Source: Candidatus Binatia bacterium (GTDB lineage: Bacteria; Desulfobacterota; Binatia; UBA9968; CAXXLF01). From it: a stretch of 64,000 nt of DNA. Below the pieces are notes generated by a model. The model had not been told where the DNA came from. It did no database searches and worked only from the letters and a program-made list of their open reading frames with translations. Shown piece by piece: positions 9,474-19,220 of this stretch. The stretch covers positions 288,001 to 352,000 of the forward strand of contig CAXXLF010000002.1 in assembly GCA_963664015.2 (NCBI GenBank). The letters are read 5' to 3'. How positions within the stretch are numbered: position 1 is the stretch's first letter; each line of letters opens with the position of its first letter. Made by a program: the position numbers and the translations under genes.

Positions 9474-11468
9474 TTATTCAAACAAGAGCCCCGGGGGCCA
9501 AAGCACATCAAATACCGATTCGAACAATCCCCAGACCAAGAGCCAAGCTACCAACCCCATGGCCAGCGACATCCACCACTTCTCGCCTCCGTCAACTGAA
9601 GTGTAAAAGAACACAAACAGCGGCAATGATATCTTGATACCGAACAGCCAGGTAAGCAGAGCCGCACCACCAAACCACGCAAAGAACGTGACCGTACGGA
9701 TAATTTCCGTGCGCCGGTCGAGTTCTCGTCCGGACGCAGTCTCGTCCATCTCAACCCCCTGAGCCGCAACCCGGAGCTCCCAACCCGTAACATCCCGGTA
9801 GAGCTGCATCGATGCAAGGCATAACCCGGGTATAGCTGCAATATAAACAGGCATGAGCTCCGCGATGAAAGGCCAGGTTCGCCCCTCCAATATTACCCAG
9901 ACAAAAAAGATTACGAAGGCCAGCGTCAAGCCCGCTGGGTAGCTAAACGTCCAAGGAATAGGTTGCGAAGCGTCCGCAGCAGCAGTACCATCGTCCACTT
10001 TCTTTTCCCGCCGGCTCCAGAGGGTATAACCAAGGGAAACGACCACAAGCGAAAGAAGGATCATTACCGCCGGTCGCTGGAGCCAACTGAATTCATACCT
10101 TGCCGTCGAAATATAGAGATACTTCTCCATCAACAGGCCTAAAATCATCCCAAGAATGAGCGGCGGTCTCGGGTATGAAAATCGCTTCATGATGTAACCA
10201 ACGAGCCCGAATAAAAATACCATGAGCAGGTCCAGTGGATGTCGAGTTGCGCTCAAGGCGCCGATCAACACAAAGACGAGAATCATCGGAACTATGATGG
10301 AGTAGCGAAGCTCCGCAAGCTTGGCTAAAGGATTGGCAAAGATCAGACCTATGGCACCACCAATAATGCTGGCAACGCCCAAGACCCACACGATGCTGTA
10401 AACCAGGTCCGCATTCCTTTCGAGCATATAGGGTCCCGGGGAAAAGCCCATGGTTATTAGAGCAAAAAGAAACAATGCCGAGACAAGGCTACCGGGGATC
10501 CCCAGTGTTAAGGTCGGAATCAGGGTGCCTCCGTCCTTGGCATCGTTGGATGATTCCGGCGCAATAACCCCGCGCACATCGCCCTTTCCAAAGGTTTCCT
10601 TTGCGCCCTTGCAGGTCTGAGCCGCGTGCCCGTAACTCAGCCAATCCACTACCTGCGCGCCGAGACCGGGTATAATCCCAACCCAGATACCTAGAAAGCT
10701 ACAACGGACGATGAGCCACAGATTGCTGAAAGCATCTCTGATGCCCTCCATTAGACTTCCCTTGAGCTCCACCGGAGCCTTCTCCACTCCCACCCGGGTG
10801 ATCGCTAGATCCAGGGAAGAAGGAATCCCAAAGATCGCTAATGCCATGATCCCGAGCGGTAAGCCCTCCAGAAGATAGGGCTCGCCAAAGACAAACCGCA
10901 TGACCCCGGATTGCGCCTGAATGCCCACCACGGACAAAATCAAGCCAAAGGCACCGGCAATGAGTCCTTTGAGTGGTCTGGGGCCCGCCAGGATGGACAC
11001 CATAGTCAGACCCCAGAGGGTAATAACAAACAGCTCGGGAGAGCCTAGGAATAGAACTAGGACCTTCGCGACAGGAATAGCCGCGGCCAGGGTAACCGTC
11101 CCGACGAGGCTTCCCAGGATACCAGCCGTGAAGGCCGCCCCGAGCGCTCGCCGCGCCTCCCCGTTGCGACCCATGGCATAGCCATCCAGCACGGTGGCCT
11201 GTGAACCCGCACCACCAGGGATGCCGAAGAGAACGGGGAGATAGGCGCTGGTCGTGCTGCTTACGGCATCCATGCCTATTAGAAAGGCTATTGCCGAAAT
11301 AGGGTCCCATTGGGTAACCACCGAGAGAAAAAGGGCGTACATCAATGGAGTTCCCAGCCCCTGGGGAGTGATCGCCGTGAAGGTCCCGACGGCGATGCCG
11401 CCCATCATGGCCAGGAGGGCCTGCCAGTGCAAGAGGTTTATAAATCCCTGAACTGCCGCATCAAACAT
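9474..11468 (-). CDS. tctA: tripartite tricarboxylate transporter permease TctA with fused C-terminal TctB-like segment
   Basis: GIPGGAG..AT.LDGY.M and GVIAPESSNDAKDGG..IPTLTLGIPG motifs, plus about 160 aa of extra transmembrane segments at the C-terminus. Confidence 0.9.
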   Translation of the reverse strand: MFDAAVQGFINLLHWQALLAMMGGIAVGTFTAITPQGLGTPLMYALFLSVVTQWDPISAIAFLIGMDAVSSTTSAYLPVLFGIPGGAGSQATVLDGYAMGRNGEARRALGAAFTAGILGSLVGTVTLAAAIPVAKVLVLFLGSPELFVITLWGLTMVSILAGPRPLKGLIAGAFGLILSVVGIQAQSGVMRFVFGEPYLLEGLPLGIMALAIFGIPSSLDLAITRVGVEKAPVELKGSLMEGIRDAFSNLWLIVRCSFLGIWVGIIPGLGAQVVDWLSYGHAAQTCKGAKETFGKGDVRGVIAPESSNDAKDGGTLIPTLTLGIPGSLVSALFLFALITMGFSPGPYMLERNADLVYSIVWVLGVASIIGGAIGLIFANPLAKLAELRYSIIVPMILVFVLIGALSATRHPLDLLMVFLFGLVGYIMKRFSYPRPPLILGMILGLLMEKYLYISTARYEFSWLQRPAVMILLSLVVVSLGYTLWSRREKKVDDGTAAADASQPIPWTFSYPAGLTLAFVIFFVWVILEGRTWPFIAELMPVYIAAIPGLCLASMQLYRDVTGWELRVAAQGVEMDETASGRELDRRTEIIRTVTFFAWFGGAALLTWLFGIKISLPLFVFFYTSVDGGEKWWMSLAMGLVAWLLVWGLFESVFDVLWPPGLLFE

Positions 11469-11734
11469 AGTTCCGATATCGATCTTTCTAAAAATTCAAT
11501 GATTAAACCAGAAATGCCCCAAGGGGGGGGGCAGTTAGCCAATATGATGCTCCACCGCAACATCCCATGAATCCAAGATTTATTACCACTACCGCTCGTT
11601 CCCGAACCTCGCGAATACCTTCAACTAGTTTCCTAAGATCCTCCTATTATCGCCCCAATTTCATTTTGACATGCCGCTGTCTAGCACATGTCCATATCCG
11701 GAAACAAGCCTGAATCCGACAAATCGGTTCCAGG

Positions 11735-12760
11735 CTAATCCCGCACTTCCTCGCGGTAAAGTCCTAGAGACTCCATGGCCGGCCTATCGTTTATGGAGAA
11801 AAGGATAGCCGGTTTTTTTGACTTGTTCTCGTGTGCATGCCAGTTCCATAAAGGGACAACAAAAGAATCTCCCTTGTTCCATTCCAATCTCTGATCGCCA
11901 ACGTGGAGGATTCCCTGCCCTCGAAAGCCGTGAGAGACGGCCGTATGGGTATGGCGGTGAAACCTTCCCCTCTCACCAGGCCTTAACAACTGAATCTCGC
12001 AGGACATGGTGGGAAGGGTTGCTGCCCCGGTGATGGGGTCGGTATAGCAAAGCAGCACGCCGTCGAAGGGGTCCCCCGGACTTTCCGCCAATGCTTCGAG
12101 AGTTTTCTCGGTCTCAGCCCAGGGATAGCGGTACGGGGAACGAAAGGTTGATTGGCGTGAGGTCCGTTCTCCGGAGCGTAAGGCTCCATAGGCGTGTTTA
12201 GACCAACCAACCGGTCGCGACCGGGGTTGTTGAGGTTGAGAGTACGGTTCCGAAAACCCCACCTGGTAGTACTGGATCATCGGGCCGTTAGCGCCGTCGA
12301 GCCAGACAACAGGGGAGTCTCCAGCATTGATGTGATCGTGCCAGCTCCAGTTGGGAGTGGTAATGAGATCCCCTTCCTCCATGGGAAACGATTCACTCTC
12401 GATAATCGTGGATGCCCCCTGACCCTTCACAACGAATCGAATGGCCTCCATCATATGGCGATGGGCCGGGGCGAACTCCCCCGGACGAACCAACTGGGCA
12501 CCCATAAGCAAGGTGTGGGCCGTCCCCATTGGGAGTTGGGGGTGTTGAAATCCCACGAATCTCCTAAAGGCTTCCTCGGGACGAATGAATTCAGCGGCTT
12601 TCTGAAGGGACTCGTACAGCTCCCCCCACTTCCAAAGGTACGGCTCGAATTTAGGCTGGGGCTCCCGATAACCAACGCTGCGGTCGGGAATCATCCAATA
12701 CCCCAAAAGGCTCTTTTTCTTGAGTTCTTCGTTCAGCGCATCTAATTTATTTTGGGACAT
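11735..12760 (-). CDS. gentisate 1,2-dioxygenase-like bicupin
   Basis: APAHRH, TPNWSWHDH, YTDPITG and HRHTH motifs. Start placed at MSQNK after a GAGGTG RBS. Confidence 0.88.
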   Translation of the reverse strand: MSQNKLDALNEELKKKSLLGYWMIPDRSVGYREPQPKFEPYLWKWGELYESLQKAAEFIRPEEAFRRFVGFQHPQLPMGTAHTLLMGAQLVRPGEFAPAHRHMMEAIRFVVKGQGASTIIESESFPMEEGDLITTPNWSWHDHINAGDSPVVWLDGANGPMIQYYQVGFSEPYSQPQQPRSRPVGWSKHAYGALRSGERTSRQSTFRSPYRYPWAETEKTLEALAESPGDPFDGVLLCYTDPITGAATLPTMSCEIQLLRPGERGRFHRHTHTAVSHGFRGQGILHVGDQRLEWNKGDSFVVPLWNWHAHENKSKKPAILFSINDRPAMESLGLYREEVRD

Positions 12761-12793
12761 GGCCACCTCAGGATTTTGCAAGGACCCTAGAGT

Positions 12794-13537
12794 TCAATGG
12801 GTTGCCCGATAAACGCCATCGAGCATCGATGCATAGAGGCTCACAGGAGTCAGGGCACAATACTCTACCGGGTAACCGGGCCTCTCTATAATCCCCTGCT
12901 GCAGGAGACGATTGAGAAATAATTGGGTCACTTTGGAGTGGGCCTTCCGATCCAGGTGATCCATGGTATCGGCCTCGTGATGCTTGGAGAAATAGATGAC
13001 CTGATCCGGTTTGAATCCATAGTGACGCGTGAGGGCCTGAAACCACTTGTGGCAGGTTTCGCCAAAGGCACCCTCCCACAATACGGACAACCAATATTCT
13101 TGAACAAGGCCGTCCACGAGAAGGGTTCTTTGAAAATCCGCCAGGCCCCGGGCCTCGGGAAGCATGGGTGAGAGTAGGACTTGCTCCCGACTTAGACCTA
13201 AACATTCTCCCGTCGAAATCAGGATCTGAATATGTCCGGGAGGCTTGGGGTGACCGAATTCATCGAGCACTTTTTCCGTATAGGCTTCCATCAGGTCCAC
13301 ATTCTTTACAAAGAACCAAAGGTGTTTGTAGAAAGCCGAGGTGTAAATAGAATTGATTACCGGTACAAAGGCCCCCCAGTTTTGGTAAAAGAGCTTGATC
13401 GATTCCATTTTTAGTCGTCCACCGACCAGATTATCCATAAACTGAGTCTGTTCCACGGTCTCCTTCCAGAGTTGATTGACCTTTGTGGTCAGCTCCGTAA
13501 TCAACTCTTCCGCATCTCTTTCAGTGAGCTGAATCAT
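12794..13537 (-). CDS. heme-oxygenase-like diiron protein (TenA/PqqC/CADD superfamily)
   Basis: DEFG....PGH, WEG and YFSKHHEAD...H match the E-H-E-H-D-H ligand spacing of CADD-type HDO enzymes. Confidence 0.75.
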   Translation of the reverse strand: MIQLTERDAEELITELTTKVNQLWKETVEQTQFMDNLVGGRLKMESIKLFYQNWGAFVPVINSIYTSAFYKHLWFFVKNVDLMEAYTEKVLDEFGHPKPPGHIQILISTGECLGLSREQVLLSPMLPEARGLADFQRTLLVDGLVQEYWLSVLWEGAFGETCHKWFQALTRHYGFKPDQVIYFSKHHEADTMDHLDRKAHSKVTQLFLNRLLQQGIIERPGYPVEYCALTPVSLYASMLDGVYRATH

Positions 13538-13632
13538 AGGTGAGCCCTTTCTCTAAAGCCGTTTCTTCTTCCTGCGCCATGTATATTTCGACATATGAGG
13601 ATAAGCAAGTGCGAATAGTCCATCTCATGGAT

Positions 13633-13661
13633 TTGACAAAGCCACTACTATTGGATAGTCT
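13633..13661 (+). promoter_or_regulatory. sigma70-type promoter of the Rieske operon
   Basis: TTGACA-17 nt-TAGTCT about 90 bp upstream of the ATG at 13753. Confidence 0.5.
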
Positions 13662-13752
13662 CCATTGGGCCATGTAAGCTGTTAGAAACTAAGGCGTTTA
13701 AATGCTCGATGGAGCCCCCGGCCAAGATTAGCTACCCAGTAAGGCACCTAAC

Positions 13753-15105
13753 ATGCCAGCAAACAATTCACTGCGTTCTCTCGTTGATCTCGATCACGGC
13801 TTGATTAGCAGAGAGGTTTTCGTCAACGAGGAGATTTACCAGCGCGAACAAGAGCAGATCTTCGCCCGGGCGTGGCTCTTTATCGGACATGAAAGCCAGG
13901 TGCCCAATCCGGGGGACTACTTTGTATCCTCCATGGGTGAGGAATCGGTCATCCTGGTTCGTGACCAACAGAAAAAGATTCATGTTTTTTTGAATACCTG
14001 CCGCCACCGGGGCATGAAAGTCTGCCGTTACGATACCGGAAACACGACAACCTTCATCTGTCCCTACCATGGTTGGAACTATGATACGGACGGTAAATTA
14101 GGTGGCGTCCCTCGTTTCAAGGACGGTTATCAGGATAAACTCGATAAGACTCTGTGGGGACTAATTGAAGTTCCTCAGATGGTCAACTACAAGGGATCCA
14201 TTTGGGCCACATGGGACAAGGAAGCACCCGCATTTCTCGATTATCTTGGCGACTTCAAAGTCTATTTGGACCAGCTTTTCGATAGCTTTGACGGAAGAGA
14301 CGGAGGCGGAGAGGTCCTTCCCGGGGTCCACAAATGGCGCATGCCGTGCAATTGGAAATTCCCGGCAACCAGTTTCGGCGGCGACGCGGCCCACGAATAC
14401 AGTCATCGTTCCACCCATGTGGCCGGTTATGGCCCCCAGGGCAAGGGAGACCGCCATGGAGTTGCACGCCCGGGGGAAAAGAGGCTTGAGGTTTCCATTC
14501 CCGGATTGGGTCATGGCGCCCACGTATCCGTTTACGACGCGGAATGCCCCTATACCCCTACCTGGGGAAGCATCCAATCGGTGGACGATTACTTCAAGGT
14601 GGCCTATGAGAAACAACGGAGTCGCCTGCCTACTCCCTTACGCATGGAGGTGGGGGCGGCAACCATGTTCCCCAATGCCTCCTTTGCCGCCGGGACGAGA
14701 CGAACTATTGTCGTCTGGCATCCCCGCGGTCCTCACATGACCGAGGCATGGAGATTTTACCTAGTCGACAAGGATACCCCTCAGGAAGTTCGCGATCCCC
14801 TGCGCCGTTATTTGATGCGCTACTCGGGCCCCGTGGGCATGACCGAGCAGGACGACATGGAAAACTGGAACTACGCCTACGCTGCCAGTAAAGGAACCAT
14901 CGCACGACGCTATCCGTACAACTACCAAATGGGCATCGAAAATGAGATCCTTGACGTTCCTATACCCGGAACCGTCACCCAGGTCTTGTCGGAAGAAAAC
15001 CAGCGCTGTCGATTCCAGCGCTGGTTGGAGTTTATGGAGGCCCCGGATTGGAATGCGATCTACCCCAAAAATGGCAAATCTTCCCGGGGCAACGGCCGTG
15101 ACTGA
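13753..15105 (+). CDS. aromatic ring-hydroxylating Rieske dioxygenase alpha subunit
   Basis: CRHRG...CPYHGW Rieske motif, NWK....FGGDAAH...H and EQDDMENW. Confidence 0.95.
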   Translation: MPANNSLRSLVDLDHGLISREVFVNEEIYQREQEQIFARAWLFIGHESQVPNPGDYFVSSMGEESVILVRDQQKKIHVFLNTCRHRGMKVCRYDTGNTTTFICPYHGWNYDTDGKLGGVPRFKDGYQDKLDKTLWGLIEVPQMVNYKGSIWATWDKEAPAFLDYLGDFKVYLDQLFDSFDGRDGGGEVLPGVHKWRMPCNWKFPATSFGGDAAHEYSHRSTHVAGYGPQGKGDRHGVARPGEKRLEVSIPGLGHGAHVSVYDAECPYTPTWGSIQSVDDYFKVAYEKQRSRLPTPLRMEVGAATMFPNASFAAGTRRTIVVWHPRGPHMTEAWRFYLVDKDTPQEVRDPLRRYLMRYSGPVGMTEQDDMENWNYAYAASKGTIARRYPYNYQMGIENEILDVPIPGTVTQVLSEENQRCRFQRWLEFMEAPDWNAIYPKNGKSSRGNGRD

Positions 15106-15640
15106 AGAAAGACCCGAGAGGGACAGCGGTCTACAGCGACTTCTTCTCAACCATGAAGTTACCGAGTTCTTGTACAGAGAGGCCGATCTCCTCGACGAGC
15201 GCCGCTTCGATGAATGGTTGGAACTCTTCACCGAAGACACCCACTACTGGATGCCCATGCGACAGAACATCCCCCGCGGTCAGGAACACCGTGAAAACAC
15301 CAGCGACGTCAACGGCATCTCCTGGTTCGACGAGGGCAAGACGACCCTCAAGTCCAGGGTGGAACAGATCAAGACAGGGCTACACTGGGCGGAGGAACCC
15401 CTTTCGAGGGTTTGCCACTTGGTTAGCAACGTGCGCGTCCTCAAAGAGGCCGCTACCGAGATTAACGTAGGGAGCCGCATGCTGGTTTACCGCAACCGCC
15501 TTCAGGACGAGACAGATTTCTTTGTGGGCAAGCGCGAGGACCTACTGCGAAAAGTGGAGGGGCAGTGGAAAATCGCAAACCGCAAGATCATTCTTGATCA
15601 GAACGTTATGCTGGCAAAAAACGTCACCATATTCTTCTAG
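15098..15640 (+). CDS. ring-hydroxylating dioxygenase beta subunit (HcaF/BphA2-like)
   Basis: FLYREADLLDERRFDEWL, WAEEPLSR and REDLLRK motifs with a FF C-terminus. The GTG start overlaps the alpha subunit end. Confidence 0.93.
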   Translation: MTEERPERDSGLQRLLLNHEVTEFLYREADLLDERRFDEWLELFTEDTHYWMPMRQNIPRGQEHRENTSDVNGISWFDEGKTTLKSRVEQIKTGLHWAEEPLSRVCHLVSNVRVLKEAATEINVGSRMLVYRNRLQDETDFFVGKREDLLRKVEGQWKIANRKIILDQNVMLAKNVTIFF

Positions 15641-15674
15641 TAATCGGCCACTCCTGGCTAATTAAGAGCAGGCC

Positions 15675-16892
15675 ATGACAGCGGTCCATGTAGATAATCA
15701 CCCAACCTTGAGATTCGGAATCGCGGGTTTAGGGCAGGCCTTCGCCTCCACCCTTCCCGAGATGCTCGCCCACCCCCATATTGAGGTTGTAGCCGGCGCC
15801 GATTTCCGCCGGGAGGCCCGCGATAAGTTTTCGATTGAGTTGGGTGGGAAAGTTTACGAGCGCGTAGAGGAGCTTTGCGCCGACACGGAAATCGACGCGG
15901 TTTATGTGGCCACACCACACCAGTTTCATGCCGAGCATTCGCTTCGGGCTTTGGAGCAGGGCAAGCACATAATCCTTGAGAAACCCATGGCCCTCACCCT
16001 CGAAGACTGCGATGCCATGATCGCCGAGGCCGACCGGCAGGCCGTTAAGCTGCTCGTGGGGCGAGGATCCCATGGGTTCGATGCAACCGTCCTAAAAATG
16101 AGGGAGATCATCCGTGGTGGTGAATTAGGGAACCTGGGGATGATCAATTCATGGCTTTACGGAGACTTCCTGTACCGTCCTCGTACCCCCGAGGAACTCG
16201 ACACCAGTCTTGGTGGCGGCGTGATTTTCAACCAGGGACCGCACCAGATCGATATGATACGGGTTCTTGGGGGGGGACTATTACGAAGCGTGCGAGCGAT
16301 GACCGGGATCTGGGACCCGGCACGTAAATCCGAGGGCGGCATTGTAGCCTACCTGGAATTTGCCAACGGCGTACCTGCAACCATGGTCTACAGTGGTTAT
16401 GATCATTTCGATACCGATGAATTTCACGGATGGATTGGAACTTACGGCTATCCCAAAGATCCAAACCACCACGGCAAGGCCAGAAAATCCCTTAAAGGAC
16501 TCGCGTCCACTCCCGAACAGGAAGCGGCTCTCAAGGCGTCCTATGGATACGGGGGAACCCGAAAGAGAGAACGGTCGATGCAAGCCGACAATTCATCCTC
16601 ACACTCCAATCACTGGGGCCTGATGATCGTTAGCTGTGAGAGGGGAGAGATGAAACAGTCCGTGGACGGGATACGGATCTATGGGGATGAAGGGAAAAAA
16701 GAACTTATCCTGCCCCCAGCTAAGGACACCGGCGTCATGAGCGAATTCTACGACTGCGTAGCGAACAACCGTCCGCTTGTACGCGATGGGCGGTGGGAAA
16801 AGGCAACCCTCGAGGTCTGCCTGGCAATCCTGCAATCTGCCCGCGAACGGCGCGAGGTGTTCCTCACCCACCAGATGGCGCTCGGCGATTGA
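15675..16892 (+). CDS. Gfo/Idh/MocA oxidoreductase, probable cis-dihydrodiol dehydrogenase (phthalate OphB/Pht4-like)
   Basis: GIAGLG, ATPHQFH, EKPMAL, FLYRPRTPEELDT..GGG and YSGYDHFD; lies directly after the Rieske pair. Confidence 0.85.
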   Translation: MTAVHVDNHPTLRFGIAGLGQAFASTLPEMLAHPHIEVVAGADFRREARDKFSIELGGKVYERVEELCADTEIDAVYVATPHQFHAEHSLRALEQGKHIILEKPMALTLEDCDAMIAEADRQAVKLLVGRGSHGFDATVLKMREIIRGGELGNLGMINSWLYGDFLYRPRTPEELDTSLGGGVIFNQGPHQIDMIRVLGGGLLRSVRAMTGIWDPARKSEGGIVAYLEFANGVPATMVYSGYDHFDTDEFHGWIGTYGYPKDPNHHGKARKSLKGLASTPEQEAALKASYGYGGTRKRERSMQADNSSSHSNHWGLMIVSCERGEMKQSVDGIRIYGDEGKKELILPPAKDTGVMSEFYDCVANNRPLVRDGRWEKATLEVCLAILQSARERREVFLTHQMALGD

Positions 16893-16959
16893 ACCACCTG
16901 TCCCCTACACACTCCTAGGATACCGTACCCTCGCAGGCGCAAAGTCAACGGCGTAATTA

Positions 16960-17190
16960 TCGCAGAGCACACTGAACACGCAGAAGTCAAGCCAATCCCA
17001 TCCACGGTTAAAATCTATACCCATCCACTCGGGAACAGATTAAAATGCCGGTCATTTGAGTAGTTCTGATTGGGAATGGATGAGAATCGGAAATCGAGGA
17101 TTGAAAATCGGAAAAGAGCTGAAATAGAGATCGGGACACTATGCGCTATGCGCTTTCCATTCTTCCCTCTTGCTGCCGACTGCTTACTGT
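16960..17190. repeat. cluster of degenerate short tandem repeats between convergent genes
   Basis: cgcagagcacactgaacacgcaga; aatcgga/aatcgag/gattgaa/aatcgga; ctatgcg x2; ctgccga/ctgctta. Confidence 0.5.
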
Positions 17191-17214
17191 CTTTCAAATT
17201 AGAGATCCTCTGCG

Positions 17215-18165
17215 TTAGAATCGATCCCAGTAGGCGAAGCTTGAGCCACAGGGAGAAGCGTAAACCGGGACATAATCCACAACCTTACCCGGCTTGCCGT
17301 CTGCCACAGCCGCTGCACAAATCCAATTGCGCGTCTCTCCCGTCCCACCCACGGTGAGTCCTTCCGGTGTCCCGTTATCAAAATGTTCCGCCATCCGACG
17401 AGCATCGCCGGCCTCAATAGCATCTAGTGTCACCCGGTCGAATTCTTCGTTGAGATAGGCATCTGGGGCCATGGGGGTGTGCCATAGCCCCCCGGAACCC
17501 AAGACCGCCACTTTGAGATCCAGAGGACAGCTTTCAATAACTTCTTTGACCGCCTTGCCCAACTGATAACATCTCTTGGCACTAGGCTGCGGCGGGTAGT
17601 AGCAATTTACGAAAATAGGAACCACCGGTATATCGTACTGCGGGGTAATGTAGTGGGGGGGCCGCATGAAGGCATGGCCCATGCCGCGGTCCTTGTTGGG
17701 TAAATCCTGTGAATAGGCCATGTCAAAGCCGCGGTCCATCAATCCCGTAAGGAGTTGCTTGGCCAAATCGGGATGGCCTTTAACCCGCGTCCAGTGCTCG
17801 GGTGTCTTGGGTTTCCTCTGTTTTGGAGCTCCCGGTATCGACGGAGTTGAGGCGGCAACGGTACGGTAACCCTCAAACCCCTCGCCGATAAAGATCCCCA
17901 AGGCGGGCATATTGTTATAATCAAATAACTCGAGCTGGTCGTCACCGAAGATGATAAGAACGTCCGGCCGAACCTCTTCGACCTTCGATTTCAGGACACC
18001 AAAGCCCTTCAAGCATCGGTCAAACTTTTCCCGATTGGTTTCCTCAGAATCGTGGGGGACATCCTTTCTCAAAGGTCTCCTGGCACGGATACCATTCCAG
18101 ATCCCAGGATCCGTATACAGAAACGGAGAATGGGAACAGGTCATCACTAATGATACTCGTGCCAT
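17215..18165 (-). CDS. class III extradiol ring-cleavage dioxygenase (LigB/MhpB/DesZ family)
   Basis: SHSP, PDVLIIFGDDQ, GHAF, VPIFVNCYYPP and GSGGLWH. Confidence 0.88.
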   Translation of the reverse strand: MARVSLVMTCSHSPFLYTDPGIWNGIRARRPLRKDVPHDSEETNREKFDRCLKGFGVLKSKVEEVRPDVLIIFGDDQLELFDYNNMPALGIFIGEGFEGYRTVAASTPSIPGAPKQRKPKTPEHWTRVKGHPDLAKQLLTGLMDRGFDMAYSQDLPNKDRGMGHAFMRPPHYITPQYDIPVVPIFVNCYYPPQPSAKRCYQLGKAVKEVIESCPLDLKVAVLGSGGLWHTPMAPDAYLNEEFDRVTLDAIEAGDARRMAEHFDNGTPEGLTVGGTGETRNWICAAAVADGKPGKVVDYVPVYASPCGSSFAYWDRF

Positions 18166-18192
18166 AATTTTCTCCTTTAGGAAGTCAGGATT

Positions 18193-19182
18193 TTACCATC
18201 GCCCCTGCTCGCGCAACAACCGCTCCATATTGCCTCCACGGACAAGGTCCAACTCCTCTTCCGGCCAATCAAGGCCGTTGATGATCTCAAGGCACTCCCC
18301 CATTCGGTTTCTAGACCAAAAGGGAAAGTCAGAGCCAAGCACGATGTGATCGGAGCCTACAATTGACCGGGCCAGATTCAAGGTCGGGTGTGAGTTGCAC
18401 ACACTGTCATAGTACAGCTGTTTGAGATAGATACTCGGGGCCTGTGGGATCCCTCTTGCAGCTACAGGTTGTTCCCCATAACCGTGATCGATCCGTCCGA
18501 CCAGATAGAGCACCGTTCCACCTACATGGGGAGCTATAATTTTTAACTGAGGATGACGCTCCACAACGCCTCCCAAAACGAGTTCCATTACAGCAAGGGT
18601 ATCCTCCGAGGGCCATCCCAGCATGGTCTCCATTCCAAGTTTCCCGTAACGTCCTACGAATTCCATTCGGCAAGGGTGGATAAACAACAGGGACCTTGCC
18701 CTTGCCATTTCACTATAGAGATCTTCGAGGCTTGGATCGTTGAACGGTAGGCCAAAATTTGTCGGCGTAAGGACTCCGGAAAAACCTGGCAATTTGGCAA
18801 CCCGCTGAAACTCCTTGATGCTGCTTGGCACGTCAGGCAACGGTAGGGTCGCAAAAAAACGGTAGCGCCCCGGGTGCCGTTGACAGGCAGTAGTGAATTC
18901 ATCGCTCAACGCTTGAGCGACCGCCAATCTCTGCCCCAAGTCTGCAAAGTACATTCCCACCGGTAAGGGGGTAGAGACAATTTCAATGTCGACACCCGCA
19001 CCGTCCATGAGAGCAATTCTTTCGTCAAGAGCCCCAGTGAACTGAGCATCGTTGAAAATTTCCGGACGTTCGATATAACCTCTCGCCGCCTTCGCCTGAG
19101 GTGTAGTCCCTTCGGCGACACGCTGCAGTTCATTGATAAGAGGACGGGGAACCGTATGACAGTGAACATCAATATTTGGCAT
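18193..19182 (-). CDS. amidohydrolase_2 family protein (ACMSD-like decarboxylase/hydratase)
   Basis: IDVHCH, FIHP, PHVGG and GSDFPF. Confidence 0.88.
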   Translation of the reverse strand: MPNIDVHCHTVPRPLINELQRVAEGTTPQAKAARGYIERPEIFNDAQFTGALDERIALMDGAGVDIEIVSTPLPVGMYFADLGQRLAVAQALSDEFTTACQRHPGRYRFFATLPLPDVPSSIKEFQRVAKLPGFSGVLTPTNFGLPFNDPSLEDLYSEMARARSLLFIHPCRMEFVGRYGKLGMETMLGWPSEDTLAVMELVLGGVVERHPQLKIIAPHVGGTVLYLVGRIDHGYGEQPVAARGIPQAPSIYLKQLYYDSVCNSHPTLNLARSIVGSDHIVLGSDFPFWSRNRMGECLEIINGLDWPEEELDLVRGGNMERLLREQGRW

Positions 19183-19220
19183 GGTTTACCCTTTGAGGCC
19201 GATTTTTTCTCGGAGTTGGA

